DNA from: Dicyema japonicum
Taxonomy: Eukaryota; Animalia; Dicyemida
Direction of reading: 5' to 3'
Assembly (NCBI GenBank): GCA_011109175.1
Contig: RDEW01000010.1
Span: forward strand, 603,837-667,836
DNA length: 64,000 bases
Positions within the stretch are counted from its first letter, which is position 1. Each line of letters begins with the position of its first letter. Made by a program: the position numbers and the translations under genes. Of the stretch, positions 40,881 through 52,960 are shown piece by piece. The notes below the pieces were generated by a model. The model was given only the letters and a program-made list of their open reading frames with translations, was not told the DNA's origin and did no database searches.

Positions 40881-41479
40881 GGCGTAAAGTAAAAATTCCT
40901 GAAAAGAATAAAGACATGTGGGAATCCAGGGTTGGTAAATTTGATGTGAATAGTTGAAATTATGTATTTTTTTAAGACACGAAAAACTAATTGAAGGGTT
41001 TGTATCTTCTGAGTGGGGTTAGTTTAATATGTCGCGTCCCACCCAGGTTACCCATCCAGTGCTTGTTACATTTCACCTGTCAATCCACATGTCACCTGTC
41101 ATTCAATTGGTTTCTAATCAAAGAATTTAAATATTTAAAAAGTCAATATTTTCTTGACTCGACTAATGTTAACTATTTTCAATTCTCATGATCGTGCCTT
41201 AGTCTGTGATAAAAAAATTAAATAAACCTCTATTCGGTTGATCGACAAAATTTGAGTAATTTTACTTGGCTCATATGGAGATTCAAATCTGCTCAACTTT
41301 AGCGATGGATTAGTCCCATAATCCTTTAAAACTCATATCTAAATTTATTTTTATTTTTTTTTAAATAAATTTATTCACTAAAAATACCTCATTTCCGATA
41401 GAAAAATCATATTTTGATTGATGAACGTTCATTCTTTTGTTCATCTGCTTAAAATAAGCTGAATTTAGATTTTCTGAAG

Positions 41480-42200
41480 AAAAATTAAATCAAAATGTTC
41501 TGAATCTAAGTTTTCTAGCAGACTTTATACAGTAAATACCTGAAACATCTGAAGTATGTTCCACGTCAATATTCTCAGATGATCGTGGAAAAGCATCATC
41601 CGAACTCTCATTTTCTATGAAATTAAAAAATAATAAACTTTTATCTGAAACTCCTCTCAGTTTTATAAATGGAGTTTCATTTGTGAAGGAATGGATCGTG
41701 GTGTTATATGTATAGGTGCTTCGTTTAATAAATTTTTTCCAATTTTTAGTTGATTCTTCATCCATCAACTTCTTTGACAATTCTTTCGATAATTTTCCGT
41801 TTTATTGGAAAATAGGAGTGTAAACACTCTTGCTGCAGTTTACGAATCCCCGAATGACTATTTCTATGGATAGACTCCGCAATAGTTTGCAAAGCCACAT
41901 TATTCTCGTCTCATTGACCACCAAATATCGACCTTGGAGGTCCCCGCAAGTAGTGCTAGTTCTTTATGCCTTTTTCCTAGAGATCATTGTACTATTTTTA
42001 GGTTTTACTTCAAGTATTTGGGTGACCTTGCTTTTTCAAAGCCAAGGTCTAGAATAATCGGACTTTCCATTTATTTATCGAAAACCCTGTAAATAAAATT
42101 TTGTTACAAAAATTACTATTGAATATCGATTACCTCCCGGATATCTCAAATGTAATGGTGAATTATTGCTTTACTGATCTTCGGATTTCATTGGTGATAA
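41480..42200 (-). mobile_element. Gypsy/Ginger-type integrase remnant
   Basis: HRNSHSGIRKL zinc-binding piece and NWKKFIKRSTYTYNTTIHSFTNETPF. Confidence 0.6.
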
Positions 42201-42249
42201 TTTACTCATCCACACTGTTACAATTATTATTAAAAAACTGTTCTAGAAA

Positions 42250-42720
42250 TAATAACTAAGTTAAGATTCCTCTTGTGCCGCCTGACAGATCTGGACAGCT
42301 AACTTCTTTCAGGCTCCCCCTGTTCCGTGCCCTTTTTCGTAGAATGTCGAGATCTGCTTGTGTGAGGACTTTACCATTGATTTTTGTTAGGTCGGCGTTG
42401 AGAACAACCGGAAGGGTTATTTTTGGCCTTCCTCGGAATTTCGGGGATTACTCCTTGAAATACACTTCCATTACATAATTCTCTGTAAGATAAAGTGTTT
42501 ATCGATCTTCGATGATTGTTTGAGACAGTTTCCGGATCTTGTAGTATGAATATATTGTTCGGTTGGGGGTCTTTTTTGGCCGCTGGTCACCAATGACCAC
42601 ATGTACTTGCCTTCTGTGGACCATGTTAAGTCTACCAAACTCATCATTTGATAATCCACATGTGAAGGGACATGCCGGTGCGAATGTATGATAATGATGC
42701 CCCCCATAACTAACTTAAAA
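42250..42720 (-). mobile_element. RTE 3' fragment
   Basis: KFRGRPKITLPVVLNADL..DLDILRKRA. Confidence 0.7.
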
Positions 42721-42944
42721 AATCGTGACTAAATAAATCGATAATATTGACAGGCGATGAGTAGACATCGAAGACCGCAAATATGTGTGTATCCATTTAT
42801 CTTTGAAAAATATCGTTCACAGCTATCAATTGAGTAACCAAAGTCTTCAGCGCTGTCAATAGAACACGATGATCACTACAGTCCATCTTGTCTATGATAA
42901 AAAAACATCGAGAGAAAATGAGTATAACTTAATAACGTAAATTC

Positions 42945-43085
42945 TATGGCTTGGATCTGGTGCTCCCTACAACGTGCTGCCCAAAAGAAATGTGCTAATT
43001 GGTGATCAGCGGCCGTTACCTAGAGACAAGTACTGGAATCGCTTGAACTCGTCAGGATCAAGGAGTTAGTTAGTTTGGGTTTAAC
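42945..43085 (+). repeat. Short repeat family C, copy 1 (degenerate head)
   Basis: gttacctagagacaagtactggaat..gaactcgtcaggatcaaggagttagttagtttgg is an inverted match to 43700-43775. Confidence 0.7.
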
Positions 43086-43149
43086 TGCCTTGTTAAGTTT
43101 CTTGATGGGATATTCCTTCCCCCAAACATAGCATCAGCAATATACAATC

Positions 43150-43600
43150 AGCTATTTCATCATTCCAGGCCGGTTTAGAAGGCCTTACTTCTGTTACTGC
43201 AGTCGATATGGGGAATATATGGGGAATTCAATGAAGGCTCTTATTTATCACATTCTTTGAGCAGAAGATTCAAATTACGCCCTGAAATTTCTGCTTGTAT
43301 CAAATTTAATTGTTTCCAAAAAGCATGTGGTGGGTTAAGACCAATAGCCAGTGTGCTTAGACGCCTGACATGAAGATCGTTGCAAGAGCATTCTGCAAAA
43401 TTCTAATCCCAACTGAGTTTAATTCAACTTGGGATTAAGATTCCCCGTAGATTTAAAGAACGATCCGCTTAGTTCGCAGTTACGAGTCTACCATAGGCAT
43501 AAAATACCATAATCCTAAGTTAGACTTTTGCAATACTTTCAATATCGTTTACAGAGATTTAATCATTGATGACCCCTTCAGCCCATTATTTTTCGCATCG
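43150..43600 (+). mobile_element. CRE-like RT fragment
   Basis: KKACGGLRPIA, QLGI and KLDFCNTFN remnants. Confidence 0.55.
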
Positions 43601-43699
43601 ACTCTACTGCATCATCAATTAGAGCTCTGATGAAATTAAATTATAGGGTGTTAAGGATTAAAATACTAAAAAAATAAATTAAAATTATTTCCAAGACCA

Positions 43700-43860
43700 A
43701 GGGTAACCAAACTAACTACCTCCTCGATCCTGACTAGTTCCAGTATTCCAGAACTTGTCACCAGGTAACGACGTTGTCCCCGGGAAGAATTGTTGGATCC
43801 TCTTGATGCCGGCTAGGCATTGGGCGCCTCCTCAGTAAGGTAGATCCAGTGACGCCATCG
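43700..43860 (-). repeat. Short repeat family C, copy 2, with an HDV-like ribozyme fold at its 5' end
   Basis: Reverse complement: ggcgtc ac tggatct acc ttactga gga ggcgcc ca atgcc tagcc ggcat caaga ggatcca, followed by the body shared with 43010-43085. Confidence 0.6.
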
Positions 43861-44029
43861 GAAGGAAGGAAAATAATTTTGACAAACTATCCATGTAGCA
43901 CCACATGGCGCCACACGAAATATTGGCATACATTTAATCTATTTTGCTGAGTAAGATGCTAGAAAGATTCATAACTGTTTCTCTAATGCTGATAAATTTA
44001 TAATGTTATTATTAATCCAAAGTAACCCC

Positions 44030-44272
44030 TTGCAACCTACATCAGACTGCCTATGGAGCATGTTCTGCCGCTGAGAAGGCCGAGAGGTCAAAACGGGCAA
44101 AGTACGTGGTCTTACAGGAGGATTTTTTTGTTTGTTCCGCTAGCGGTTGAAACGTCTGGTTGCATCTGTGACGCTGTAAATCTTGAGTCGCCTAGAAGTC
44201 GGATTTTTACACGAACAGGAGCGTTGCTGGTTATTTGAGCGAATCTCGCTCGCCATCCTGAGAGGGAATAGT
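44030..44272 (+). mobile_element. CRE-like 3' terminal fragment
   Basis: FLFVPLAVETSG and ttatttgagcgaatctcgctcgccatcctgagagggaatag. Confidence 0.8.
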
Positions 44273-44744
44273 CACCATTAGAGCAAACATTACTTTAACA
44301 AAAATATCCTGCAATAACTAAAACGTGTAGTAGTAGCATTATCTACAGTTCTTCCATCTTGTTTGGTTTTGAATCCGTCTTTACGTTTATTGGATAAACG
44401 TGATCAGATAAATGTTGATCCAAGAGACCGGGAATACCTCATTGAAGTAAGGATATGTTCCAAGCTCAACTTTTTCTTCATCATTAATAGTAACAAATTT
44501 GTCTGAACGCTTTCTCCTTGTTCTACAAGGCCTTAGTCTTTCTTCCATGGATTCTGAAGAAGTATTTAATGACACAGAAGAATCTGAGTCAATGACAGTA
44601 CTTTTAGTTGTTCTACAAAGTCTAGCTGGTTTAGTTTTCGGTTTTTTTGTTTCTTCTTCAGCTTCATCGTCATCTTAACTGAACTCAGCTTGATATGATA
44701 CCACGAAGTGGCATATAGCGTATTCCGAGGCTCTGTAACCTAAG

Positions 44745-45012
44745 TGTCGGCCAATGGAGAGGTACCTTAATATATTACCAGAAATGACGTATATATCTGA
44801 TCGTCCTCTGACATATATCATATCCACGGAAAGTCTCTGGGTCGCCATTAATAAACTACTGGATTCCCATGTTCACAGATTGCCTGTTTTTGACAACCTC
44901 AACATGTTCAATCCTCTGCAGATTGTAACGTTCAAACGAATTTTCAAATTCTTATTTATTAATGTACATTCATATTTACTACTCCAAGATCAAGGACCTT
45001 AGTGATCTTCCA
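44745..45012 (+). pseudogene. Partial genomic duplicate of AMPK gamma (CBS2 exon with flanking introns)
   Basis: Near-identical to 37617-37882, including the 20-nt and 25-nt introns. Confidence 0.9.
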
Positions 45013-45329
45013 ATTCCTACTGATAATCTCAGTTGCTCCGCGCCAGGATTAATGACAGTCTCGTATGTAGACTTACCAATCATCTTCGTCTTCTGAAGAT
45101 TGTTTCTTTATCTTTCCAAAAGTCCTCATAGAACATGTCTTTGTCAGTTTCATCCCTCGGTTGTATACTGTAATCAGGTTTTTTAAGTTTAATGGGAATA
45201 ACAACTGGTTCAGAGGGAGGACATAAATCCAAGAGTTTTGGCATCTTTATCACAACTGTTTACATCATAATCATCGAAAGTTTTTGGATCGACATTTCTT
45301 CAATATAATTCTCGGTTGTTGTTGTGTTT

Positions 45330-48270
45330 ATGCCTGCTGTGAGAAAAGCACCTGAAAAGAACGTTCCCACTTCTAAGAAAAAGGTACCAGTCAAGTCAAC
45401 TGAGATGTGTTCGTCCTGTCGGCTTGTCAGAACTCGGAAGCGTGGGATCTCCTGCTCTGCTTGTGAAGATTTTTTCCACCTCGGGTGTATCAAGCTATCC
45501 CAAGCCGCAGCGCGCGTGCTTGGAGTATGGCACTACCAGTCATGCTTCGGCTTATGCAATGAGGTTTTCTGTGCCCGCGCCAAAGTTAACTCTCCCGTTA
45601 ATTGCCCATCAATCACGGACCCTGAAACGTTCCTGCGCTGCATCTCTGAATTACGTTTTTCACGGACTATCCCTGTGAGGATTCCCAAAGCCGTAAGACC
45701 TGTCGCAGCGGAGGCCCTTGCCAAAACGATCGAAGATGCCTTCCGGACTAACTCAATACATGATTGGATGCGCTTATTCAGTTTTGCGCCTTCCGCATTG
45801 GGACTTGATCGAGATGGTCACGTAAAGGAGTCTCTCGCTACCACCATGAGGACCAACATTCGCTCTTTTTTTAGAGGTATCTACATCCCCAGTTGTCCCA
45901 TGGCTTCTAACCGTACGAGGGAGACACGTGGTCAGAACGAGGAAGTCGAAGTGCTCCGTCTCAAGAGAACTGTTCGGTCGAAGTTAATCGAAGGTGGTAC
46001 CCGCTCAGCCATCAGGGCACTTTCCTCATGTGGACCGCGAAAACCAACTTCCGATGACTACAATATTTTGCTGTAAGCACTACCACCCAAAACCTACACC
46101 CAGTCGCTCCCCCATCCGGAGTGACTCCCCTGATTGTATCAAACGATGAAGTTCTCCTGCCAATACGGAATTTTGCCCCTAGTAGCAGTGGCGGGCTCGA
46201 CGGAATGAAACCTGGCTACCTGAAGGATCTAACCTCTTTGTCCGTAGGAGACAGGGACTTCGTCTTACGAATTCAATTACTTCACTTATGAACCGGATTA
46301 TGTCTGGAGTTCTTCCCGAAGTTATCCGCTATGTCCTGTTCTCCGCCAATTTGATAGCCTTCGATAAGTAAGGCGACAGAGTACGACCAGTTGCGGTCGG
46401 GTTTGTCTTCAGAAGACTGGCTGCTAAAATTGCCTCCAGACATTCTATTCCACTCGTCACAAAATTCTTAAACCCCCCTCAAGTAGGCGTCGGTATTCAC
46501 TTGGGATGCGAGGCCGCTGTTCATTCAGTGAGGACATTCATAAACCGCAGTATAGAAAATTCCCGGGGAAATGTCCTGGTCAAACTGGACATCAAGAACG
46601 CCTTCAATAGTCTAAGGAGGGACAATATCCTGAGGCGTGTGTTGAGAGATGCCCTAATATTTTCGAATTTGTGAGTCAGTCATACAGCCTACCTTCATCC
46701 TTACTTTTCGGGGACTACCTAATCCATTCGTATTCTGGAGTGCAACAGGGAGATCCCCTTGGACCCTTATTGTTTTGTCTTGCAATAGAGAAAATCACCA
46801 AACTTCCGCGCTCGCCCCTCACCTATATCTGGATGATGCGGCCTTCGGAGGACCCCGGATACTGTTTTCCGGGATTTGGAAGTTATAATTCCAGCACTGT
46901 TGGAAGCTGAACTGGAATTAAATTGCACTAAATCCAAAATCTACAATTGCGGACTTTCAGAAGAGCAATATTCAAAAGCTTTTTCATGTTTCGGAAAGTT
47001 ACTGCCTGGAAGTATTTCCACACCCGATGAAGAACTTATATTCCTCGGATCCCCAATCACCATAAATTCAATGGGAAGAGCTATATGTGAAAAACGACGG
47101 TTACTTGAAGAGACTCAGGACCGCTTGTGTCTACTTGACATGCATACAGCATTATTCCTCCTGAAAAACAGTCTCAACGTATAGAGGCTTGCAAATGTCC
47201 TGAGGACAGCTCCCTATTTCACCCAGTGTGACCAACTCGCACAGATTAACGGATCTTCCGTACGATAACGAAGGGTATCTTTAATGTCCGGTTCGATGAA
47301 TACTCATAGAAGCAAGCCACGCTGCAATTGAGACTCTGAGCACTTGGAATTCGCAACCCTGTGGACCTTTCTCTCCCTTCATATCTATCATCGCTAATGG
47401 CCTGCGACACTCATTTCAAGAGGATTCTACACTCCCTACCTGAATTCTCTATTGACCAGGACACCGTCCATGCTCGTGAAGCCTGGAGCCGCACTTATCA
47501 TCTTTCCCTGGCTTCCTCGTTCTCTCAGCGTGGCTTGGACGATGCTATATGCTGGAATTCTTTCAAAGATTTGCTAGTGTCATATAGCAACATCGCCGTG
47601 CCTGTTTGTTGTCGGGGGCGTCTTCCGAGAGCGGTGCCTGGCTCAACGCCATTCCCAATGGAGTTCTGGGTACCTTCCTGGATGATGAATGCGTCCGTAT
47701 TGGGATCTCATTGCGACTGGGATTAAAAATCCGTGCCAATGCGTAGACCAGATCGACTGTTTTGGCCTGCACCCTCTCTCCTGCAGGAAGAGTGCAGGCA
47801 AATTTCCCAGACACATGGCCTTGAAAGAAGTCGTTAGGCGAGCTTTGGACGCCGCCGGACACTCCTCCATGCTCGAACCAGTCGGTCTTTGCAGGTGGGA
47901 CGGGAAACGACCAGATGGGATGACAATTTTCCCTTTTGAAGCCGGGAAACCTTTTGTCTGGGACGTTACCTCCACCGACACGTTTGCCTTTTGCAACTTC
48001 TCCATAGTGCCTCTGGAGCCTGTCTGCCGCTGAGAAGGCCGAGAAGATGAAACGGGAAAAGTACGCGGTCCTACCTAAGGATTATTTGTTTGTTTTACTC
48101 GCCGTTGATACGTCTGGTTCCCTTGCGCTTGCAACGCTGTTATTCTTGTTTCGTCTAGGGAATCAGATCGCACATGAACAGGTGACTTTCGTGGTCGCTG
48201 CTGCTTATTTGAGCGAATCTCGTTCGCCATCCTGAGAGGGAATAGCCACGCAGTCAGTGCAGCCGTAATA
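45330..48270 (+). mobile_element. Near full-length CRE-like RLE non-LTR retrotransposon with an N-terminal PHD finger, decayed
   Basis: PHD (C4HC3), VRPVAVG, KLDIKNAFNS, GVQQGDPLGPLLF, YLDD, FLGSPI, CCHC, KRPDGMTIFPF..WDVT, LAVDTSG, LFERISFAILRGN. Multiple stops and frameshifts. Confidence 0.9.
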
Positions 48271-48398
48271 AAGAAAAATACCACTACAGAGTTCACAAGT
48301 AATATAAAAGAAAAATACCACTACAGAGTTCACAAGTAATATATAAAGAAAAATACCACTACAGAGTTCACAAGTAATATATAAAAGAAAAATACCAC
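48266..48398 (+). repeat. Tandem repeat of about 36-39 nt, 3 copies plus a partial, at the CRE 3' end
   Basis: (aagaaaaataccactacagagttcacaagtaatata[ta]a) x3. Confidence 0.95.
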
Positions 48399-48855
48399 TG
48401 GAGTCCTTTACCAATTTTTTAGAAGGCAACCTTTCTTTCAAGTCATTTAACGAATTCTTGAAGGTCTTCCTGAAAACGATACAAAATGCGTGTAATAACC
48501 AAATCTAAATCAGTTCATTTCTACTGTAACAGACTCGAACTGATCGTCGTTAAACTTAATCCATTTGTCGACACCAAACTGGATCCCTCAGTCCATTCTT
48601 CCTCGTCTAATTTTAACTAGAATATTTACTACCCAAAATGATGTTAATGAAAATCTCGCATCACAGACTTTCATGTAGATCAATGTAATTGATTTCAGTA
48701 TCAAAGTGGATTTTTTGTATTAACAAACTCCAAAAAGCCAACAGGAAAAATTAAAACCCAATTAAAATTTTCGTTATTGAAAAATATTGATTAATTTATT
48801 AAAAACAAAAAAATAGAATTTTAGAGGGCTTTCCAAAAAGTTAATTAATGAGCTA

Positions 48856-49250
48856 TTATTCTATTCTAGCCCGGATCATGCTACCAAATCATTCGGTTGT
48901 ATGATATAAGTCTTCAAATTAGTCAGATATACGATGCTCGTCGGTAGGCTACTTTTTTGAAATGGATTTCATTGATGTGGGACCATTCCGATTTATTCTA
49001 TTCTAGCCCGGATCATGCTACCAAATTCATTCGGTTGTATGATATAAGTCTTCAAATTAGTCAGATATACGATGCTCGTCGGTAGGCTACTTTTTGAAGT
49101 GGATTTCATTGATGTGGGACCATTCTGATTTATTCTATTCTAGCCCGGATCATGCTACCAAAATCATTCGGTTGTATAATATAAGTCTTCAAATTAGTCA
49201 GATATACGATGCTCGTCGGTAGGCTACTTTTTGAAGTGGATTTCATTGAT
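48856..49250 (+). repeat. 137-bp tandem repeat, about 2.9 copies, containing a Polo-kinase subdomain IX piece
   Basis: Units start at 48856, 48993 and 49130. Each encodes SFGCMI|YTMLVGRLLFE. Confidence 0.9.
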
Positions 49251-49640
49251 GAGACTTATAATCGAATTCGGAAGAATAAATTTACTGTCCCCATTTCAAA
49301 TTCAACTGCCAAGGACTTTATTTTAAACCTCCTCGAGTTTGACCAGTAAAATACGCTAGCGCAGAGCAAATTTTGGAGTCTTCGTTTATGGCTGGCTTTA
49401 TGATATTTCCCCTCTGGATTCCCAATGAGTTGTCTTACGACTCCCTCTCATTTTGATAAAGACGACGAGGTCTTTAATTCCAATTGGAAGTTTGTCATGA
49501 TTTATAGAAATGGTGGGTTTGGAAGAAACCTTGAACTATCATTTCCGTGAACTTGAACAAGTGTACATATGGTCGGCAAGGTTAATCATGAAGGAACAGT
49601 CAATGAAGATGACTTCTATACTTCCGTCTGAGAGCCTGTA
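49160..49640 (+). pseudogene. Polo-like kinase fragment (kinase C-lobe and linker)
   Basis: YTMLVGRLLFEVDFIDETYNRIRKNKFTVP..AKDFILNLLEFD..PMSCLTTPSHF compared with PLK1 [42 protein letters not shown]. Confidence 0.75.
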
Positions 49641-49759
49641 GACGAAACCATAGATCTTGAAATAGTCTATCCACGTGTTCACAAAGTAAAGAGGAAGACA
49701 TGATCGGTCCTCTGCATCCAGTTTAATATTTTACAGTCATCAGCACCTTCGCTTCTCAG

Positions 49760-50145
49760 ATTGGATTCCTTCACTAAGAAGATCAAACAGCTGCCTTTCA
49801 GATCGATTAGGAGTTACACAGCACTTCTCCAATTATTTCCAAAATTCCTCCAAAACCCAGCATTTCTACTAATCATGACAAACTACCTATGGGAATTGAA
49901 GACTTTGTTGTCCCTATTAGAAATGAGAGGGAGTCGTCATAGTCATCATTGGGAGTCTAGTGGGAAAATATCCTAAAGATCAAAACTTTTAAGTAACCGC
50001 CAGGAACGAGGACTCTGAATATGGTCCACACTAGGGTTTTGACTTGTCAGACTCGAGGAAGTTCAAAATCAGAGTCTTGAAGGTCAAATTCAAAGTGGAA
50101 GCAGCAAATTTATTCCTCTGAATTCGACCATAAGTCTCCAATAAT
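49760..50145 (-). pseudogene. Second, diverged Polo-like kinase fragment in inverted orientation
   Basis: ETYGRIQRNKFAAS..LILNFLESD..ESSFLAG|YFPTRLPMMTMTTPSHF, with a micro-intron. Confidence 0.7.
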
Positions 50146-50789
50146 ATTTCTTCCTCAGTCACTACACCACCAGAACGAATAAAAAACCCGGTATTTATTA
50201 TATATTTTTTTAATTTAAATGTTTTATTTTATTAAATTTATTATTATTAACTCCAGATACACTGAGAAAGAAGTTAACAGTAAACAACTAATTAAGTTTA
50301 TCCAGTTCCACTGTTACAGAAACAGAGTTCTTCAACGTCACTTAAATCCATACAGAACCAGCATAAAGGTAAAAGACGTTCATTCCTTGCAGTTTTGGAA
50401 ACCCACCAGTCGACTGGGAAAAAACAAATGATCTTTTTTGTGCCACCTGAGACATGTGGATCAATGACGCCACTCTAATAGAGTATCAATATAAGGAACT
50501 GAGAACTTGAGCTTGGCGCTCATCCTGTAGCCACTACCAGACAAACCATCTCGGCAAGACCTCTGTTGGCTACAATTGTAAGCAGTTTTCTTGACGAGCA
50601 GGCGACCCTCATGAAAAACAGATCGTCTTCTCTCTTATCTACGTTCTTGTTAGCCACCGGTTTCCTTCACTTGAAGGTAGCCGGAGTAAATAAATTTAAA
50701 ACTGAAAATTAGAGCTTAAAAATCATCAACATCGAACTAAAACAGCGGTCCTCGAGAAGTCAAGTTAATAGCTTACATATTTAACATAT

Positions 50790-51560
50790 CAGTAAACACG
50801 AATGCCATCCCTGACTTTTAGCAGAGAGCCTTAACCCTATCATGCTAAATTAACTTTCGATAATCTCTATGTATTCTTTTAGCCTGACTTTCTGGACGCA
50901 TCCATAATAATAATGTCGTCTTCATAAATCAGGATTCCAGATTTAAAACCCGGTGGTTTTGGGAAACTCGCCATGAAGATATTAAATAAGAATTGGGCTC
51001 AGCACTGATCCCTGTGGAACTCTCCTGATAAGCGATATCTTACTGGAGATAATTCTGCCCAGTTTCATATAAGATTCCTATTCCCGTTAAGAAATCTCTT
51101 AACAAATTAAATAGATACTTCGGAATATCCGCCGACACGAGCAGAGCCACAGGTATTTCATTCAAACGCTATCAAACTCCGTAGAAATGTCCATTCATAA
51201 CAGGTTTAGCTCTCTCCGACCAATTATAGCCTATTCCGAATTCAATTGGTAGATGCAGTTTGCACATGGCCTACCCGGATGGAAACCCCAGTAGAAAATT
51301 ACTATCTTCGATCTTTTGAAGACAAGCATACAAAAATAATTGGTTGGATCCTTCTTCGATTTATCCTTCTTCGATTTACTGACTTTGGGACTGTCGTCAT
51401 TATAGATTTCTTCCATGAATGTAGAACATATCCAAGCCTGAAGTTTGCATCAAACAATTTCTTTAGAACACAAAACATTATGTCTGGCCCTTCTTTAAAC
51501 ATGACCATGTTTATTAAGCTTTACACTCACTGATCGCCATCTTCACTTTCCATGAAGTGA
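50790..51560 (-). mobile_element. Decayed LINE RT (Jockey/I-like)
   Basis: HSWKKSIMTTVPK, GFHPGRPCA, VPQGSVLSPIL and FYEDDI remnants. Confidence 0.65.
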
Positions 51561-51599
51561 CTACTCCGTTTATAATCATTAGCCTCTTCTTCAGAATAC

Positions 51600-52960
51600 T
51601 TGATTAAATACAGCGAATCTTCTTTCATGTCGTCAGGGATTAGACTCAGTGGATCTACGCCCTGTATATTTTCCAGGTTAATTAGTTAAATGCACTCGCG
51701 CGTTACCCATAAGCATATGAATACTTTGGGTTCCGCTTTTGACGTGCTCTTCAATAGTTTTCTTCATGTAATTTTTATCGTCGCACGTCTCCGCAGTTCA
51801 TCGAAAAATCCACGAATAAGATCTCCTGTTTAGTGTTCGAAGCGATTCCTCTGACGTTGAAAGTTTCAATTAAAACTGGGTAGAATTGACAGACTGAGAG
51901 TATGATAAAGACAGACATTATTAGAGAGGCGTCAACCACTGCACTTTCCAGGTGTTTCTTGAAAACAAAAAGAATCTCCTCTATCAATAGAAGCCACCAT
52001 CTAGTTTGTCATGATGTGCCTTCTCCATTCTAGGAAATACCAGTACGGTCCCATACGATCCTAGACATATCCACATAAGCGAGAAGTGGAACGAAGCAAT
52101 AAAAACTCCAAGTTTATCACCATCATTATAGGAGAAATGGTTTGGATCCTTCGGCGTTGGAACTTCAAATCTAGAGGTTTCGGATAAGACCTCCAAACGC
52201 TGTCCAAGTTTGTCTTATAATCCCCCTTACATAGCGCAATAATTAGTTGAACCAAAGTTGATGCAGTCGATCCTCAATCTCGATACACCCTCACATCTGA
52301 CAAGATCGTGCTTTCCACCACAAAGAAGACGCCTCTTTTTGGTAAAAGCAGATATGTTTCCGTATAGCTGGAAGTTATAGCACCTTGGTGGCCTCTCCTC
52401 ATCAATTCATACATATGAAGCCAAAACGGACAAGGGACATTGACCTGGTATAACCGACATATTTTCATAGTAGAGGGGACCATATCCTTGACATACTCAT
52501 TTAAGCCGCCATCTTAGATCCAGAAAGGCAAATTTTTCAAAACGATCTCGGAAGGTTTCACATAGACGTGATTACCAGGACCAAAAAGACATGTAGTAGT
52601 CCAAAAGTTCCATTTGTCCCCTTCCTCTTAAATTCCAATCGATTCGACCCAGTCGTGCCCTCAGCTTGACAGTGCTTCTCCTCCGAGACACACAAGCTCG
52701 CAATGGACAAGGAATTGTATGATTCAGATAGAAAAGCACCCAGCTCTGTTAATCAGAATCAAGAACTTCAAAAATGTCGGTTCCGAAAGTACATTTCTGA
52801 AATCTACTGTGGTAGTGGGTATTAAAAAGAGTCATCCTGCCTCTCTAACGCTTCACATAGTTGCATCGGGTGGCTCAGTACCGGTCAATCTTGCAATTGA
52901 ACATAACTAATATCATAAGCAGAGTTTTGGAGTTGCGTGCCTGATTAAAGGTTCACAAAG
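51600..52960 (-). mobile_element. Decayed L1/Tx1-like ORF1 end and APE start
   Basis: IETFNVRGIASNTKQEIL APE N-terminus preceded by Cys/His-rich ORF1 remnants. An AYDISY motif is shared with 59330-59560. Confidence 0.45.

Noticed and set aside
48266-48398. CRISPR-like array
   Set aside because: There are no unique spacers and no cas genes, and the context is eukaryotic.
48500-48620. Ubiquitin protease fragment (DKWIKFNDD)
   Set aside because: There is no His box upstream, and a similar segment at about 50300-50350 suggests a repeat end instead.
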